From assembly GCA_002633005.1 (NCBI GenBank), contig NMRA01000038.1:1285961-1349960 (forward strand): a stretch of DNA of 64,000 nt, in the 5' to 3' direction. Under the pieces are notes generated by a model. The model ran no database searches. It worked only from the letters and a program-made list of their open reading frames with translations, and was not told where the DNA came from. Below are positions 10,701-24,300 of this stretch, in pieces. This DNA comes from Phoronis australis (taxonomy: Eukaryota; Animalia; Phoronida). A program made the translations under genes and the position numbers. The first letter of the stretch is position 1; each line of letters begins with the position of its first letter.

Positions 10701-13700
10701 GTTCAGGTGGACTGATACACGTTGCATCAGACATGCACAGGTCACTCAGCCGGGCCTATTGCACCAAACACCTGAAACCATTCTTTTTATTTTTATTAAT
10801 GTACATCTATAATAGATAAACACATGTTAAAATCAAGCTGAGGAGAACTAGAGAGCTGATTCTGTAGTCTAGCAATTTGTTCACTGGGATTTGAACTTAC
10901 CGTAATCGTTCGGGTTAACGCCCTGGGCGGTTAAATTGGCGAATCCAAAAAATCGGGGAGGGCGGTTAACCGAGCAGTGGGCGGTTAAATCGAAAATCCA
11001 CCTAAAGTCGGGGATGGGCGGTTAACTGAGCATGGGCGTTAACTCGAACGATTACGGTATGACCTTGAGAACAAGAGGATAACACGTAACCCACTTGGCC
11101 AGATTTTGCCCTCATGGTATTACAAAAGTAATTGCAGTAAAAATTCAATTTGGGACAAAAATAATTGCTAAAATTGCCACATTTCTAATTTTCAGAGGTT
11201 TACCATGTTGTTGCAAGTGCTCAAAATTTTACCAAATGCTGTTTGGTAATAGTTACGCCATACACACCATGGTAAAAGCAAAGTAAAATTTCCTGAAGAG
11301 GCATTTTTGTTGAGAGATTTGTCAAAATGAAATTTCACCTGTCCGCAATATTGTGTCCCAAACTGAAGATTTTTTACCGTACCCGAATTAGAATTCATGA
11401 AATGTTCATTTTTCATTGTACATACTGATTGTATGATAATTTACTGCAAGACCATTGTAGTATAAGTATTGTGTGCCTTCTCTGTGCTTTCAGGAACTTG
11501 TTTACTATAGCCTTCTCACCCTTCTGTTGCTGGTTGGCTCATCACTGGTGGCCAGTAATGTCAGCTATTACCAAGATCATTGGGAGCTGAATGTCAGTCA
11601 TTGGACCGAGAATCAGCTGCTGTCAGCTGTTGTGAGTACAAGTTTATCTTCTTTAGCATAAATTACAGAGTAAACAATGTTCAACCCTCACGAACTGGGA
11701 AGGCTTCTCCATGTTGGAAATATCTACTTTAATCGAAATAAGGGTCGATTGGGAGAACTATTTTGAATTTCTCCAATGTCATCTGGTGAGCCCAACCCAC
11801 TTTTATCCACATTACATTCTCACTAGTGGGCTGGTCATCAAAGGAGTGAATCTATTCACTTGGTCAATAGTGAGGATAATTACTGTTTCTTATCAGATCA
11901 TATCTAAATAGAAGGCTTGAAGGCTGTACTTTTCCATTTTCTTTTTGGGACATGAAAATTGATGAAAACCGTAAAATCTGAGTAAAGGTGTAAAAATTGA
12001 AGTATTTTTGAATTTTCAAAATAGGTCAAATAACAACAATTTTGTCAACAAAAACCTACGGCTTGAAATTGAAATTGGCCTTAGATTGGAAAATAGTTCC
12101 CAGCATTGTTTCATGTCTAATCTACTGCATCTATGACTCACAGTAGAAACAGGGCCTGAAAGAATGTGAATAACCCCTCCCCTCCTCCCTGGTTGTGATG
12201 ATGGAATCTTGATTAAAGGTGCATGTTCAAGCTACTTCCAGGTTCAAGGCATGTCATAAGCAGCATTCTTTTGTGATGAACTCTGTTGTTTCTTTTGGGA
12301 ATCTCTCTTCAATTTTTACTTCAAAATAATTGCCAAACATGGCATATTTCCATTTTTTCAAAGACCATCTCATGTTATAAACTGAAGACCATTTGCTTTT
12401 ATATCACTCTTCTCTTCTGACAAACAGTTTAAATTTCATTTCTCCTGAATCCTAGTTCATTCCACCCTCTAGCAGGAGGCATGTGTTGAATGTACTTGAA
12501 ACCAAAACGCATGCTTGGAGCATTGTTAAGTAGCATCTCAAATAGCTGCTTTTTGCATTACATGAGAAAGGAAATACAGCTTATGAGAATTGTTTTCATG
12601 AGAAAAGCACAGTTTTCTGTGGAATACTTGTTTCATCAATGAGTATTTAGCCTTGAGGAGACGCACATTCATGGAATGACGATAATTAATTGTCAAACTG
12701 TCAGTTGAGGTTTAGTCTTGATCATACAGCAGTATATTTTAGTGATCTCTGTGGGAACTTGACAAACTTTTGAAGCAAACATGTTTGTCTTTGATTTTTG
12801 TCATATTTTCAACAAAACAATGCAACAACAGTCATGCTGTGAACATCCACTTGAACCACAGGGTAAACTGTTTTGAGAAACAGTTCATTGTCCTCACACT
12901 TTTAGAAGTCACAGAAACTTTTGATGTAAACCACCTACCGCTAGATAAAACTGGTCTCAGCGTTGTCCATGTGTTCTACTTGCAACTGTATGCTATGTAA
13001 TAGAATGGCCTGTCATCGCAAGACAGTTTATTGTCTGCTTGAGACTGTATGCTGTGTAATAGAATGGCCTGTCATCACAAGACAGTTTATTTAGCCTTTG
13101 TCTTAAGTATAAACAATTCTTCCCAGAAACCAATTCTAAATTAAGTGAGGAACAAGTGAGATGGGTTAGTGTATGGTCTAAATCACATTAGTCATTTTTT
13201 AGGGAACCATAGATTATAGACAACAGATTCGCAACTCCGACATTTTCTTCCGTGCTACCCTAGAGGCAGTGTCACTCTCCTCAGTTATCTGGTTTATTTT
13301 TCGGTTAGTGTATTGTGATTGGAATTTTTTTGCATCTATTTTAATGTCCAGTACAACGAAAGCAAAATGATAATTTTGTCATTGAAATGCTGTTCAAAAT
13401 CTTAGAATAGTAGAACTATTGGTATCATGAGTACTTTTAGCAATGCTACTACCACCCCACCACACAACAGCCGACCAAGATTAGCAGATGACGCATTTGC
13501 CGGAAATAATACCAGATAATTGGGCCAGGTGTCGCTAGTGAATAATGACGTAACGTTATGCGGAAGAGCACAGATTTCGTCCATTGAAAGTATATGGAAT
13601 TGGCGGTGCTTGTATTATAGTCTATGATGGAATGCTGGTTTAAGCGGCTTTAATTGTTCATCTCTTTGACTTTAATTGGCACCATTCTGTAAGTGTGCAG

Positions 13701-16700
13701 CCAGTGTGCACTTTGGTCCATTCTATGATATTTTGCTGTAGTAGCTGCTCCCCTTCAACGATTTCTGATCACCTACCGGTAATCTGCAAGTAGTACAAGG
13801 AAGGTAGTTCTGACTAAACATTAGTGGACAGGTGTTATAGGCTGTGAGCATACCTTAAGTTAGTACATATCTTTTCCTTTGAACTGTCTAATATGTAAAC
13901 ATTCATTGAAGCCTCATTGTTTTTAGACAACTGTTAAATAATGAGACAGCAATAGTTATGTAACATGTTTTTTGAGTTACACCATATGTTTACAAGGTCC
14001 TTAAATTTTTTCATGTTGTAATCAAGTTTCAGTGACTGTTACAAAAGTCAATTTTATGGTCACATTCTTTGTGCTAAGAAAAATTGCGTTCAGTAAACAT
14101 CAAACAATGATGATCTTGATTCATCCAAATTATTAGCCAGGGGCTTATGGCATTTTGTAATGCAGTTAGTCTTGAGTACAGTTTTGACTGTCAACTTAAG
14201 TGATTAGAAGATTGGTGTGTGATATAAAGACAACGGGCCCTGAACGTTGCAGTCATTTCTCAAATTAATCTTGCATTGTCTGAGGATTTACAACCACGCT
14301 AAATAAATATCCCTTGTTGTAATTTCCGATTGTCAACTAGAAGAGCATGTGATTGATGTCTCAGAGACTTCGTACAATGATTTTTGGTTCAGCATAACTG
14401 CAATTGCATAGTCTTCAATTGATTCTTTTGAGTAACTCTAAGTACACTAATGCTAATGTACCTACTATTTTTCCTTGAGAGCCTCGTGACCCAATTAACC
14501 CTTTCAACACTGCAGACCTTAAGCGGTCTCTGAAACTTAGCTGTATTTAACCCCGTAGACCGCTTTATCAGTCTGACGACATGCTGAACTTCAAGCATCA
14601 GCATATTTGGTTGATTCTGGGAATTCCTTTGTGTGCGTCAGTTATTAAGGGTTGCATACACATCACAAGAATTTATCGGAACTGGTTTCACTTCATTATT
14701 AGTTTTTAAAATTTTGATACCAGCAAACCGAATTTCAGAACAAATTTTGTTGCTGCGAAGCTGTCATTATCTCCCGAGAGATGTCGTAAAAATTAGGCCG
14801 TGGCACGTGCGCGTGACACGAGCGTACTGTTTTCAAAATGACAACATAATTTCCTTTGTTACAAAAGGTGGAGAATTGCGCTAGGAAATGATGTTTATTA
14901 GATTGCTTTTCACTTNCAGCCGACCAAGATTAGCAGATGACGTATTTGCCAGAAATAACACCAGATAATTGGGCCAGGTGTCGCTAGTGAATAATGACGT
15001 AACGTTATGCGGAAGAGCACAGATTTCATCCATTGAAAGTATATGGAATTGGCGGTGCATGTATTATAGTCTATGATGGAATGCTAGTTTTAGCAGCTTC
15101 AATTGTTCATCTGTTTTACTTTAATTGGCACCTTTCTGTAAGTGTGCAGCCAGTATGCACTTTGGTCCATTCTATGATATTTTGCTTAATAGCTGCTCCC
15201 CTTCAACATTTCTGATCACTTACCGGTAATGTGCAAGTAGTACAAGGAAGGTAGTTCTGACTAAACATTAGTGGACAGGTGTTATAGGCTGTGAGCGTAC
15301 CTTAATATCTTTTCCTTTCTGTCTGATATGTAAGCATTCATTGAAGTCTCATCGTTTTTAGACAACTGTTAAATAATGAGACAACAATAGTTATGAGTTA
15401 CACCATATGTTTACAAGGTCCTTAAATGTTTTCATGTTGTAATCAAGTTTCAGTGACTGTTACAAAAGTCAATTTTATGGCCACATTCTTTGTGCTAAGA
15501 AAAATTGCATTCAGTAAACATCAAACAATGATGATCTTGATTCATCCAAATTATTAGCCAGGGGCTGATGACATTTTGTAAGGCAGTTAGTCTTGAGTAC
15601 AGTTTTGACTGTCAACTTAAGTGATTAGATGATTGGTGTGTGATATAAAGACAATGGGCCCTGAACGTTGCAGTCATTTCTCAAATTAATCTTGCATTGT
15701 CTGAGGATTTACAACCACGCTAAATAAATATCCCTTGTTGTAATTTCCGATTGTCAACTAGAAGAGCATGTGATTGATGTCTCAGAGACTTCGTACAATG
15801 ATTTTTGGTTCAGCATAACTGCAATTGCATAGTCTTCAATTGATTCTTTTGAGTAACTCTAAGTACACTAATGCTAATGTACCAACTATTTTTCCTTGAG
15901 AGCCTCGTGACCCAATTAACCCTTTCAACACTGCAGACCTTAAGCGGTTTCTGAAACTTAGCTGTATTTAACCCCGTAGACCGCTTTATCAGTCTGACGA
16001 CATGCTGAACTTCAAGCATCAGCATATTTGGTTGATTCTGGGAATTCCTTTGTGTGCGTCAGTTATTAAGGGTTGCATACACATCACAAGAATTTATCGG
16101 AACTGGTTTCACTTCGTTATTAGTTTTTAAAATTTTGATACCAGCAAACCGAATTTCAGAACAAATTTTGTTGCTGCGAAGCTGTCATTATCTCCCGAGA
16201 GATGTCGTAAAAATTAGGCCGTGGCACGTGCGCGTGACACGAGCGTACTGTTTTCAAAATGACGACATAATTTCCTTTGTTACAAAAGGTGGAGAATTGC
16301 GCTAGGAAATGATGTTTATTAGATTGCTTTTCACTTAAACAGCTGTAACGGTGAGCACCGTCGCCGATCTTTAGCTCTACATGTTTCACGGCGAGGTGAC
16401 GAGCAGAACTACCCGAGCTGTGTGCTATTTCGAGGTCTGTCGGCACTGAACACACAGTGGCACCTAGCTGTATTTTGACGTTGGTGTTCATACAGCTAGC
16501 TGGCTGGCTACCAGTTACCATACTTTATAATGTGACCTGTGCTCTTCTTGACACAGAGTTCATTTTAGGAACTGATTTCACGTTAATTTGCTCATACTGC
16601 CTAAAATATTTGGATCAGGTTAGAGAGTTGCTCATGTTGCTCTAGAGTTGGCGTATCCCAAAGTTTGGAAAAATATAAATTTTAGCTGCTAATAATCCCG

Positions 16701-17534
16701 GTTGTTTAAAGATATCCGAGAACTTGTTTCCTCGCCTAAGAGCTAATTGAAGTGACTCAAATTTCCATGTAAATATCCCCACGTGTTGAAAATATAACTT
16801 AGCTCAAAACTCATAATCTACAAAATCGTGCCATATGACTTCAATTGCTTGCTAAAGTGCTCCAAGCCATCCATGTTCGTTGGTCATTGAGTATACATGA
16901 AACAGTGTATTTTGTAGGTTGATAATGAGCTGTTTTAAAAATAGTATGTGACAATGTGAGTGTGGTACATCCACTCGGGAGGTTGTCCATATACATGATG
17001 GCTTTTTTGTACCAGTGTGTTTTGCTGCGCAGAAAATACAATCAGTGCACTACTGAAACATAGGGAATGTTGAGACGCCACTTGTCACTAGCAGATTTTG
17101 ATGTCACTTTGTCAACTCTTCTTTGTGGCATGGTTTTATGGCCTTCGATACTAGTTCAACTTTAGCTGTCAAAGTTGTCTGGAATTTTTTGTCACTGTTG
17201 GGTTACCTATAGAATGTACTGTACTGGCTTTTCAAGCTCACGGAAAAGTTTCTTAACAGTTGGCTCACATTTCTGTATCAAAGTGGAAGAAAATTTACTG
17301 CCTCGTCTTAGGTAAGGTCTCATATTGCTCACTGTCTGACAGTGGCCTAGATGGTTTGTTGAACTTACAGTTAAGATATTACCGTCCTTCTAGGTCCTCG
17401 GCTTTGGTGCCATGTGCTTGTACGCAGGCACTGCTGCTGTTGCGTGCTGCCGTTGGAAGCAGGAGAGACAAATGCCATACAGCCGTTATCAGATGCACAG
17501 TGCAGCGTCTGGGTCTACAGAAGCTCTAGCCTAG
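7742..17534 (+). CDS. MARVEL domain-containing tetraspan membrane protein (CMTM/plasmolipin/MAL-like), 4 exons, ~293 aa
   Basis: Exons 7742-8146, 10043-10240, 11494-11631 and 17394-17534 are all joined by phase-0 GT-AG introns. The typical MARVEL entry motif (FDDTYLKSVDGALKLIQIIMTLTSLICV) is followed by four hydrophobic segments ending SAVVLGFGAMCLYAG. There is a long polar N-terminal tail. Confidence 0.85.
8670..8843. repeat. 45-bp minisatellite, ~4 copies
   Basis: The unit TTGTAATAATTTGTGTATAATGACCACACTATGACAAGAATCACA starts at 8670, 8715, 8760 and 8805. Confidence 0.85.
8911..10196. repeat. ~642-bp direct duplication across a single N (uncollapsed haplotypes) containing most of MARVEL exon 2
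   Basis: 8911-9552 and 9554-10196 are near-identical, with about ten substitutions by eye, all intronic. They are separated by the N at 9553. The first exon-2 copy (9400-9552) is cut at the N. Confidence 0.85.
10898..11059. mobile_element. Small Tc1/mariner-type MITE
   Basis: TIRs are TACCGTAATCGTTCGGGTTAACGCCC and GGGCGTTAACTCGAACGATTACGGTA, with TA at both ends. The interior has repeated GGGCGGTTAA motifs. Confidence 0.85.
12985..13091. repeat. Two-copy tandem repeat (~59-bp period)
   Basis: CTGTATGCT(A/G)TGTAATAGAATGGCCTGTCATC(G/A)CAAGACAGTTTATT occurs twice. Confidence 0.75.
13468..16336. repeat. ~1.43-kb direct duplication across a single N (uncollapsed haplotypes) in MARVEL intron 3
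   Basis: 13468-14915 and 14917-16336 both start CAGCCGACCAAGATTAGCAGATG and end TTGCTTTTCACTT. They differ by scattered SNPs and small indels, and the N is at 14916. Confidence 0.85.
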
Positions 17535-17978
17535 AAGACTTTGGACGTAGGTGGTATCTGAGGTTGTTTGGGCTGGCCACTCACCAGTTATAATGTGATC
17601 AACTGCATCATTGCCTTTTTGAAATCTATCTTGTTTTCACTGTTGGGTCAAAATTTCTGGGCTCTTTTTTGTGGTAACATGTTTTTGCAAGATGTTTCTA
17701 GCTTGGTGATCATTTAAAATAAAACTGACAATGAAAGAGCTGGATGGTGATGGCAATGTAACTTGACAATAAAGAAAACAGAATGTTGTCCTTTTAAATG
17801 GCGATGTCTGTAGGCCTTCCTACAGCAAAATGCTCCAAGCCCACGCATGGCACATCGTTAAACTCAGATGACAGTCTATGGTTCCCCTGACACCAACTTG
17901 ACAAATCTCTACTGGTGATGAGGTAGATGCAGTATTCATGATGTATCCAATTTATCATCTCTCTAGTCCGAGTATTTT

Positions 17979-18578
17979 TATTTCATTCCAGGTTCCATTG
18001 GCTTGCCTGGAAACATATTTTTAATGTAATTTCTCATGTCTCATTTTCTTCAAACCTAGAACCTCGAACATTGTACCAGGTTCCAAGTTTCAGTGCATGC
18101 CAACTCTTGATTTGCGACACTGCTACATGAAACCTTCAACCTGAAGTGTATATTTGAGGTCACACTGGTGTTAGAGCCTGGGATCATTAGTTCTTGATTT
18201 TCAAATAACAATAAAAATCAATGTTAGGTTATTGATGATATTTTGATGGACTAGACCTGGCAATGTAAAAGAACCAAATGATTTTGTTCTTTCACAAACT
18301 GGTGGTTATAGCGGATGGACAATCATGAAGGGGCGGGGGGAATGTCACAGCACAGCTGACCAATAATTTATGACAGTGCTACCAACCGAGTCAAAAATGA
18401 ACCTGGAAATACATGGAGCAAGTATCCATGTTGGACAGTGAGAGAATGAGATCACTAGAACCGTGTTTGAAGTTCGAAGCTACAGACTCCAGGTTTCAAG
18501 TGAATGAAACTCTGAAAATCACGATGGTCAAAAACACATTTTCAGGTTTCTAAATTGACTGGAACCTGCAGTGAAATA
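17979..18578. mobile_element. Degenerate MITE-like element downstream of the MARVEL stop
   Basis: The ends TATTTCATTCCAGGTTCCA and TGGAACCTGCAGTGAAATA are imperfect inverted repeats. Further GAACCTGG/CCAGGTT motifs recur internally. Confidence 0.5.
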
Positions 18579-20803
18579 ACAATGAATGGACGTCTCTGAT
18601 AGTCTTTTGTATTTTTACTCTGTCTTGTGTTTCATGCCTCGAGAGAAAGAGACATAAACTTAAGTTACATCAATGAATGGGGATCATCACCAGCAGATTG
18701 TAGAAATTTGTCATTGATATTTGAGACAAGAATTTTATGAAATTCAGGGGATTATTGTATGACATTTAGCTCGAGAATTGCTTATGCGGTTAACGTGGTG
18801 TTGAACACCTCACAAGTCCAGAGATAGGTGAAATTTATTTTTCTGTGTTTTCTATTCATACATAAATATCAAAAATGAATAGTGTTATTGTGGAAACAAA
18901 GGACTCAAGTGGAAGTGAGCACCTAAACCACTGTATAGCAGTCTTTAAGATGTTCATTTGAAAACGTTATAGTTCTTGGCATGCAGAGCATTTTTGTAAA
19001 GCTGTTACCAGCAGGGCAGATCTACATTTACTTGTTAAGGCTAAATCATAATGAGTCCACTAGACTGTAGAGTGTGTTTAATATTTGCTCATCTCCATAG
19101 CAACAAGAAGCATTTCTGACTTTGATGCTTTTAAGGGATTGCTTGTTTCGTGCATTATGACTGATGTTTTATTAGTCAGGTTTTACAGTGCTCGGTTTTT
19201 TGTTTGTGGAATTTACACTATATAGTATGTAACTAGGTATTCGAGTTGATGTGAGTTACCGTATCTCTGTTAATTGTTGAAGTATTTTCAAGATGCGCGT
19301 GTCATTCGAATCATTTTGCTCTCATGTGTAGTAATTAGTCAATTGATTTTCATGGCTTGATATTTCTCAAGTGTCATTTTTGCTGTATGATTTGCCTACA
19401 CTATACATTCATATTTTGCTGGTTGTGGCTATCTTCATATCCCATTACAGCTCCTTATTGGTGTACATATAATATGTTCACGCCATTATAATAAGTCTGC
19501 CCAATATAACTGCTTCAGGTGAACTGAACACAGGTTTTGTCAGGTCAAAAATGGTCAGCTTCAAATTAAAATTTAATAAGAATGTGGGTGTTTAAAAAAA
19601 GGAGACCTCGGCATAATCATAGAATACAAGAGGTGTTAACTTGCCTCGTTTCACGACTCAGTTTATTGATGCATTATATAATAAAAATCACAGTTGACAC
19701 TTGTCCTTATGTGAAACAGCATGCTCTAAGGTATCAGTCATATTGCTTATACAGCACTCGGTATATAACTGAATGGTTTCTGTGTTCATCAACCATAGCA
19801 AGGCAGAAAACTGCTGGTTTTATCCAGCAAAATCTGGTGGAGCACAAAAACTGATGGATAGTCAGCCTAAAACGTGCTGCATGCCAGTTTATGAATGACA
19901 GCGTTGGTATCTATTAAAAGTATGCAGCAGATGTTTTAGATTTACCTGCGACGACTTAAAGTTAAGGTGCTTTAATTGAGGATGTTTACTGTGTATGTTG
20001 TCAATAAAATTCACGAAACTAAGAAATGCATGGTAAAACTGTGTGCTTTGTTTGATGGAACTTTGAAAGCCATTCGTTCTGGGCTTGTCAAGAACCTGTC
20101 AACCAATCATCTCAAGCTACTTTTAGCACTAATTAGACTAGATTTGTAAAAGTTAGGATTGTGATTTGACTGAAGACAAAAACTACGTTGTTACTGTGAT
20201 TCGCGGGAAAGTACAGGCAGATCTGTCGTTGTGAACCGTGGTGTTCATGTCAACTACACTTCTTATCTTGTGCGAGGATGTATTCGACATGTTCACTTCT
20301 ACAACCTGCAAGGTTAGTTAGAATTTCCGAGGATTCAGCCAGGTGGTGGCCGTGACCTTTTATATGAATATTCGTGTTTATTATAAATTTAAATGCATGC
20401 AGTGCGAGTTGTTACTGCAGGTTTAATGAGAAAATTGTATTAGTATTGCTTGGTTGACTAATGTTCTATGTGCCACAAGTTTGTTAATGACAGGAGGCAA
20501 GAGTTTAATGCCGCATACAATGAAACCAGACTTGATACAAGTCGAGTCTGTGAAGGTGTAGCTAGCATGTGTAATAGACAAACTCCACTCGTTTCGCAGT
20601 GTTAGCAATGTGTAGTCATGGAAACTGTACTAAAAATCCACAAGATGTTTGACATTGTGTATGGCTTTAGACACTTGCACTATCACCTGTCATTGGGAAC
20701 TGTTTTTGTTGTATTTTTAATGTTACCTAAATGTTACAAATTCTGCTTCTATTTTTGTTGTACGTTTTGCATGAAATATATTTCTGAAAAGTTTTAGTTT
20801 TGT

Positions 20804-20809
20804 TTTATT
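20804..20809 (-). terminator. Candidate polyadenylation signal of the beta-adaptin gene
   Basis: AATAAA on the minus strand, ~590 nt downstream of the stop at 21398. Confidence 0.4.
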
Positions 20810-21397
20810 ACACATAAATTATGTGAATACATAGGAAGTGATGTTAAATCGCACAGTTACACCATCCATTAACCACTCTTAGTTACCAACTCATTCAATA
20901 AGACGGACTTCTGTAAGTTACAGTACCACAGTTAACAGGAAAATGTTCAGAAATGACGCCAGTTTTAATTTGTCAACACCGCTAGCTCCCACACCAGGAG
21001 TCCAACATGGACCCCCGTAGAAAACACAGCGACTAAAACTCAAGTTCTGCCCTAAGGTCATTCAACAGCGTCCACTTGACCTTTCAGAAAGAGACAATCT
21101 GGATTATGCCTACACTACACCTGGATACGACACTCGTAAGTTCTCCAGTTAGCAACTGGGTCACAGTCCACATGTCTCTGCTGACATTCTGGAAGGTCTG
21201 TTAAATCTTCATGGTCCAGCAGTTAGCCATCAAGGTGTAACTGTGTTGAACAATTCCAAGAATTGCAATGCGACGACGATAGCGTGCTCCAGTCAATCCT
21301 ACATTTTCGATCTAGTCTACTGTCCACGTACAACAACAGTAATAACAATGATGAGGATAATGATAGTCAGTTTGTTAAGTTCCGATAACAATGAGCT

Positions 21398-24300
21398 TTA
21401 GCTGTGCAGAATAGCATCATACGCAGCCTGTATCCCTGGAATGACGTCCACAGACATGCTCTTCAATGATAGCTGAAAAGGAAAATATGAAAAGATTACG
21501 GAAGCATACAACTCCACTGTGTACGCTACTTAAAACATATTCCCCTCGACTTTCATCCAACATATTTCTTCCTTGCTGGGCGTAGGCTACTCCATACTTG
21601 TTAAGATTGTTCCGGATCTTCATGAGAAATAGAAACAAAGACTCCCATGTGACGTCCATCGTTTAAAGTACGAATTGCAATGCGCATACTAGAAGTTACA
21701 CTGTCACTACATGAAGAGTAGTAGTAGTATTATAATTACCACAGTTGTTACTATTGATAGTATTAATAATATCTGCTTACCGTGAAGTTGGGATTTCCTG
21801 GCTGTATTTTGATTTCGGCCAAAACTACGATTCCGTTGGTCAGTGCGATGGACTGGTAGAGCATATCTTGGCCCTCTACGTTACGCTTGGCTATCGTGAA
21901 TACGTTGTTATTCTTTAACTTCATGGAAGCGGAATCTGTGCGAGAAACAATATCATGTAACTTGCTGATGAATATTAATGAGGAGTTGACACTGGCTACA
22001 AAGTTAATGTTGCAACGATGTGACGTCTTGTCACTGATATCATCATCACTAAAGAAAAACATCAAATCAAAATAGATTCCAAGTCAGTGAAATAGATTCT
22101 GTGATCTTACTAAATAATTAAAATTTCACATAAATAAGGCGAAGTCTCCTTAGTTGCATGCAAATCTTTGTCTGGAATTCCTAACATTTCTGAAAAGTCA
22201 CATTAACGGGGCGAAGTCTCCGCGGCTGCTAACAAATCTTCATCTCATAGCCTAGGGCAGTGACATTTGCTGTTCGTTCAAGGGAAACAGATCATCCAAG
22301 TTTGGATTCAGTCTCTTTCTTAGAATGTCATCTGAGGAGTCCCCAGTCGAACTTGCCTAACATAGCGAACGGGTTTGCCCATACTGATAGATGTCATTCA
22401 AAACCAATTCAGAATTGAGCCTCGAATTGGAAAGGTTTCTGATTAATCGATCCAGAAAAACATTTCAGTCTCCACCACTATTGTCGACCCAATGAGTATA
22501 AGTAGTTTACATTAATGCATTAATAGAATTGGATTTTTAAATTGTTCAAAACCACCCATTTGGAGTGTGAAGTAAGACTTAACAATGATTAATTACACGC
22601 CACTGAGATACTGGAAGCATAAATCATAGGCAAGTTATTAGCAGCTTGCTTCTTATTGGCTTTCCGGGTGACATAGTAGCAAGAATGACCAATATCGCAC
22701 GCCTTGACTTTGTGACCAAATTTTATATTTTCCCAAACACTTAACATTTAGGCATGTAATCTCTAGTCTGTGTACAAAGAAATCTTCACCTGCAGAGAAC
22801 AGCACAGCCAACTTAACTCACCTGCACTGTGTTGTTTACTGTTGACTATCTGACACTGGACCTCATTGGCGGCCGGGATCTCCTTCCACTGCTCCAGGAA
22901 TACCTTCCTGTCCATCTCTCCGCCCTCGACAAACAAGCTGTGCATGGGCACTAAGCAGCTAAAGTAGAACACATCGATGTTGTTCTTTATCGCCACCTGT
23001 TGACAGACACGTCACAACTTCAATAACTTGATTTTCAACACTGGACAAATTCTATGGGAACAAGTGAATGATGTACTTATATTCAAATGACCGTTGTACA
23101 TATTCTGAGGTCAGTTGAATATTACGGCTTGATTTACAAAGTGTAGCTTGAATGCTGAGTTACTATTAGTGAATATTTTTTTTAAATACATACCAGTCCC
23201 ATAAATCTAGTGCTCAATATAATCTTGCACTTCACTCCAATTTACCGTGATGGTTGTCGAACAATAATGTATGCACCCACGTTTAGCTGGGTATATACAC
23301 TGAAGGAAATACAGTCCACACACAACTTTCTGAACTATGAAGCATAGCAAGACAGTGCTGATCTTTGACATCTCAACAGTTGGAATTGATATTATTCAAC
23401 TTGTGGGCAAAACAATGTTAAAACTTAAAATATCTAAACCATAAGCCAAGTAATAGGTTTCATCAAAGATTACTAAATAAAGCGAGAGACATTACCTGCA
23501 AGTTTGTTAATGGATCCATCTTCATGACTGGCCCGTTTACATTTAAAAATAGGGTAGTCTGAGCACTTTGGTTAGGGGGCAAGGGACTTTGTACTGTTAG
23601 CGGTGCTGATGGTATCAGACCAAAACTGAAAAAACAAACACTCAACTCATCCTCACACCTCCTTTTTTAGTTTATATTTCTACAAGAGAACACCAGAGTG
23701 GTGTGTACACGAGAAAAGCAACCAAAAAGATACCGAAATTACAGTGGTCAATGTTTATTCCAATAAGCAAATACTCGTCTCCACAGACCACCTTAATCGT
23801 CATCCTCATCGATATTTGCCGTACATGATACTTAGCGAGTCGGAAGACCAAATCTCAAACCTCACTTTGGTAACTTCAAACTTATCAATTTACCACTCTA
23901 TTCACACAAATGCTATACTAACCCAGATAAATTGGGATGCAAAATATGGCTAATATTTCATTACGCTGTCACACTTGTTATCCGTTACCTTGACTACAGA
24001 CACCCATAGGTTCATATTACGCTTTGTTCAGCTGGAATTCTGGTAATCTCTATTTATTTTGCACAAACATAATTACACTTTTCCATTTTTCTTAATCTTT
24101 ATTTTTGTGAAGAAATTTGACAAAACAGAATTTCACTTGAAGGACATATTGCCTGCTAAATAAATGTAGAAAGTGCGGATTGAAGACCCACCTATTTTTA
24201 TTCAGCTGTATTGCAAAGCTGCCCATGGGTTCCATGGCTCTGTTTGTAAATGTAAACTCGATGCACGGCTGGTTGGCCTTCCGTGTGAATGCTCCAGAGA

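Noticed and set aside
15033-15215. Hydrophobic ORF (VYGIGGACIIVY...) as MARVEL TM4 exon
   Set aside because: The other allele has a stop in this frame and the acceptor is poor. Exon 17394-17534 supplies the canonical fourth helix.
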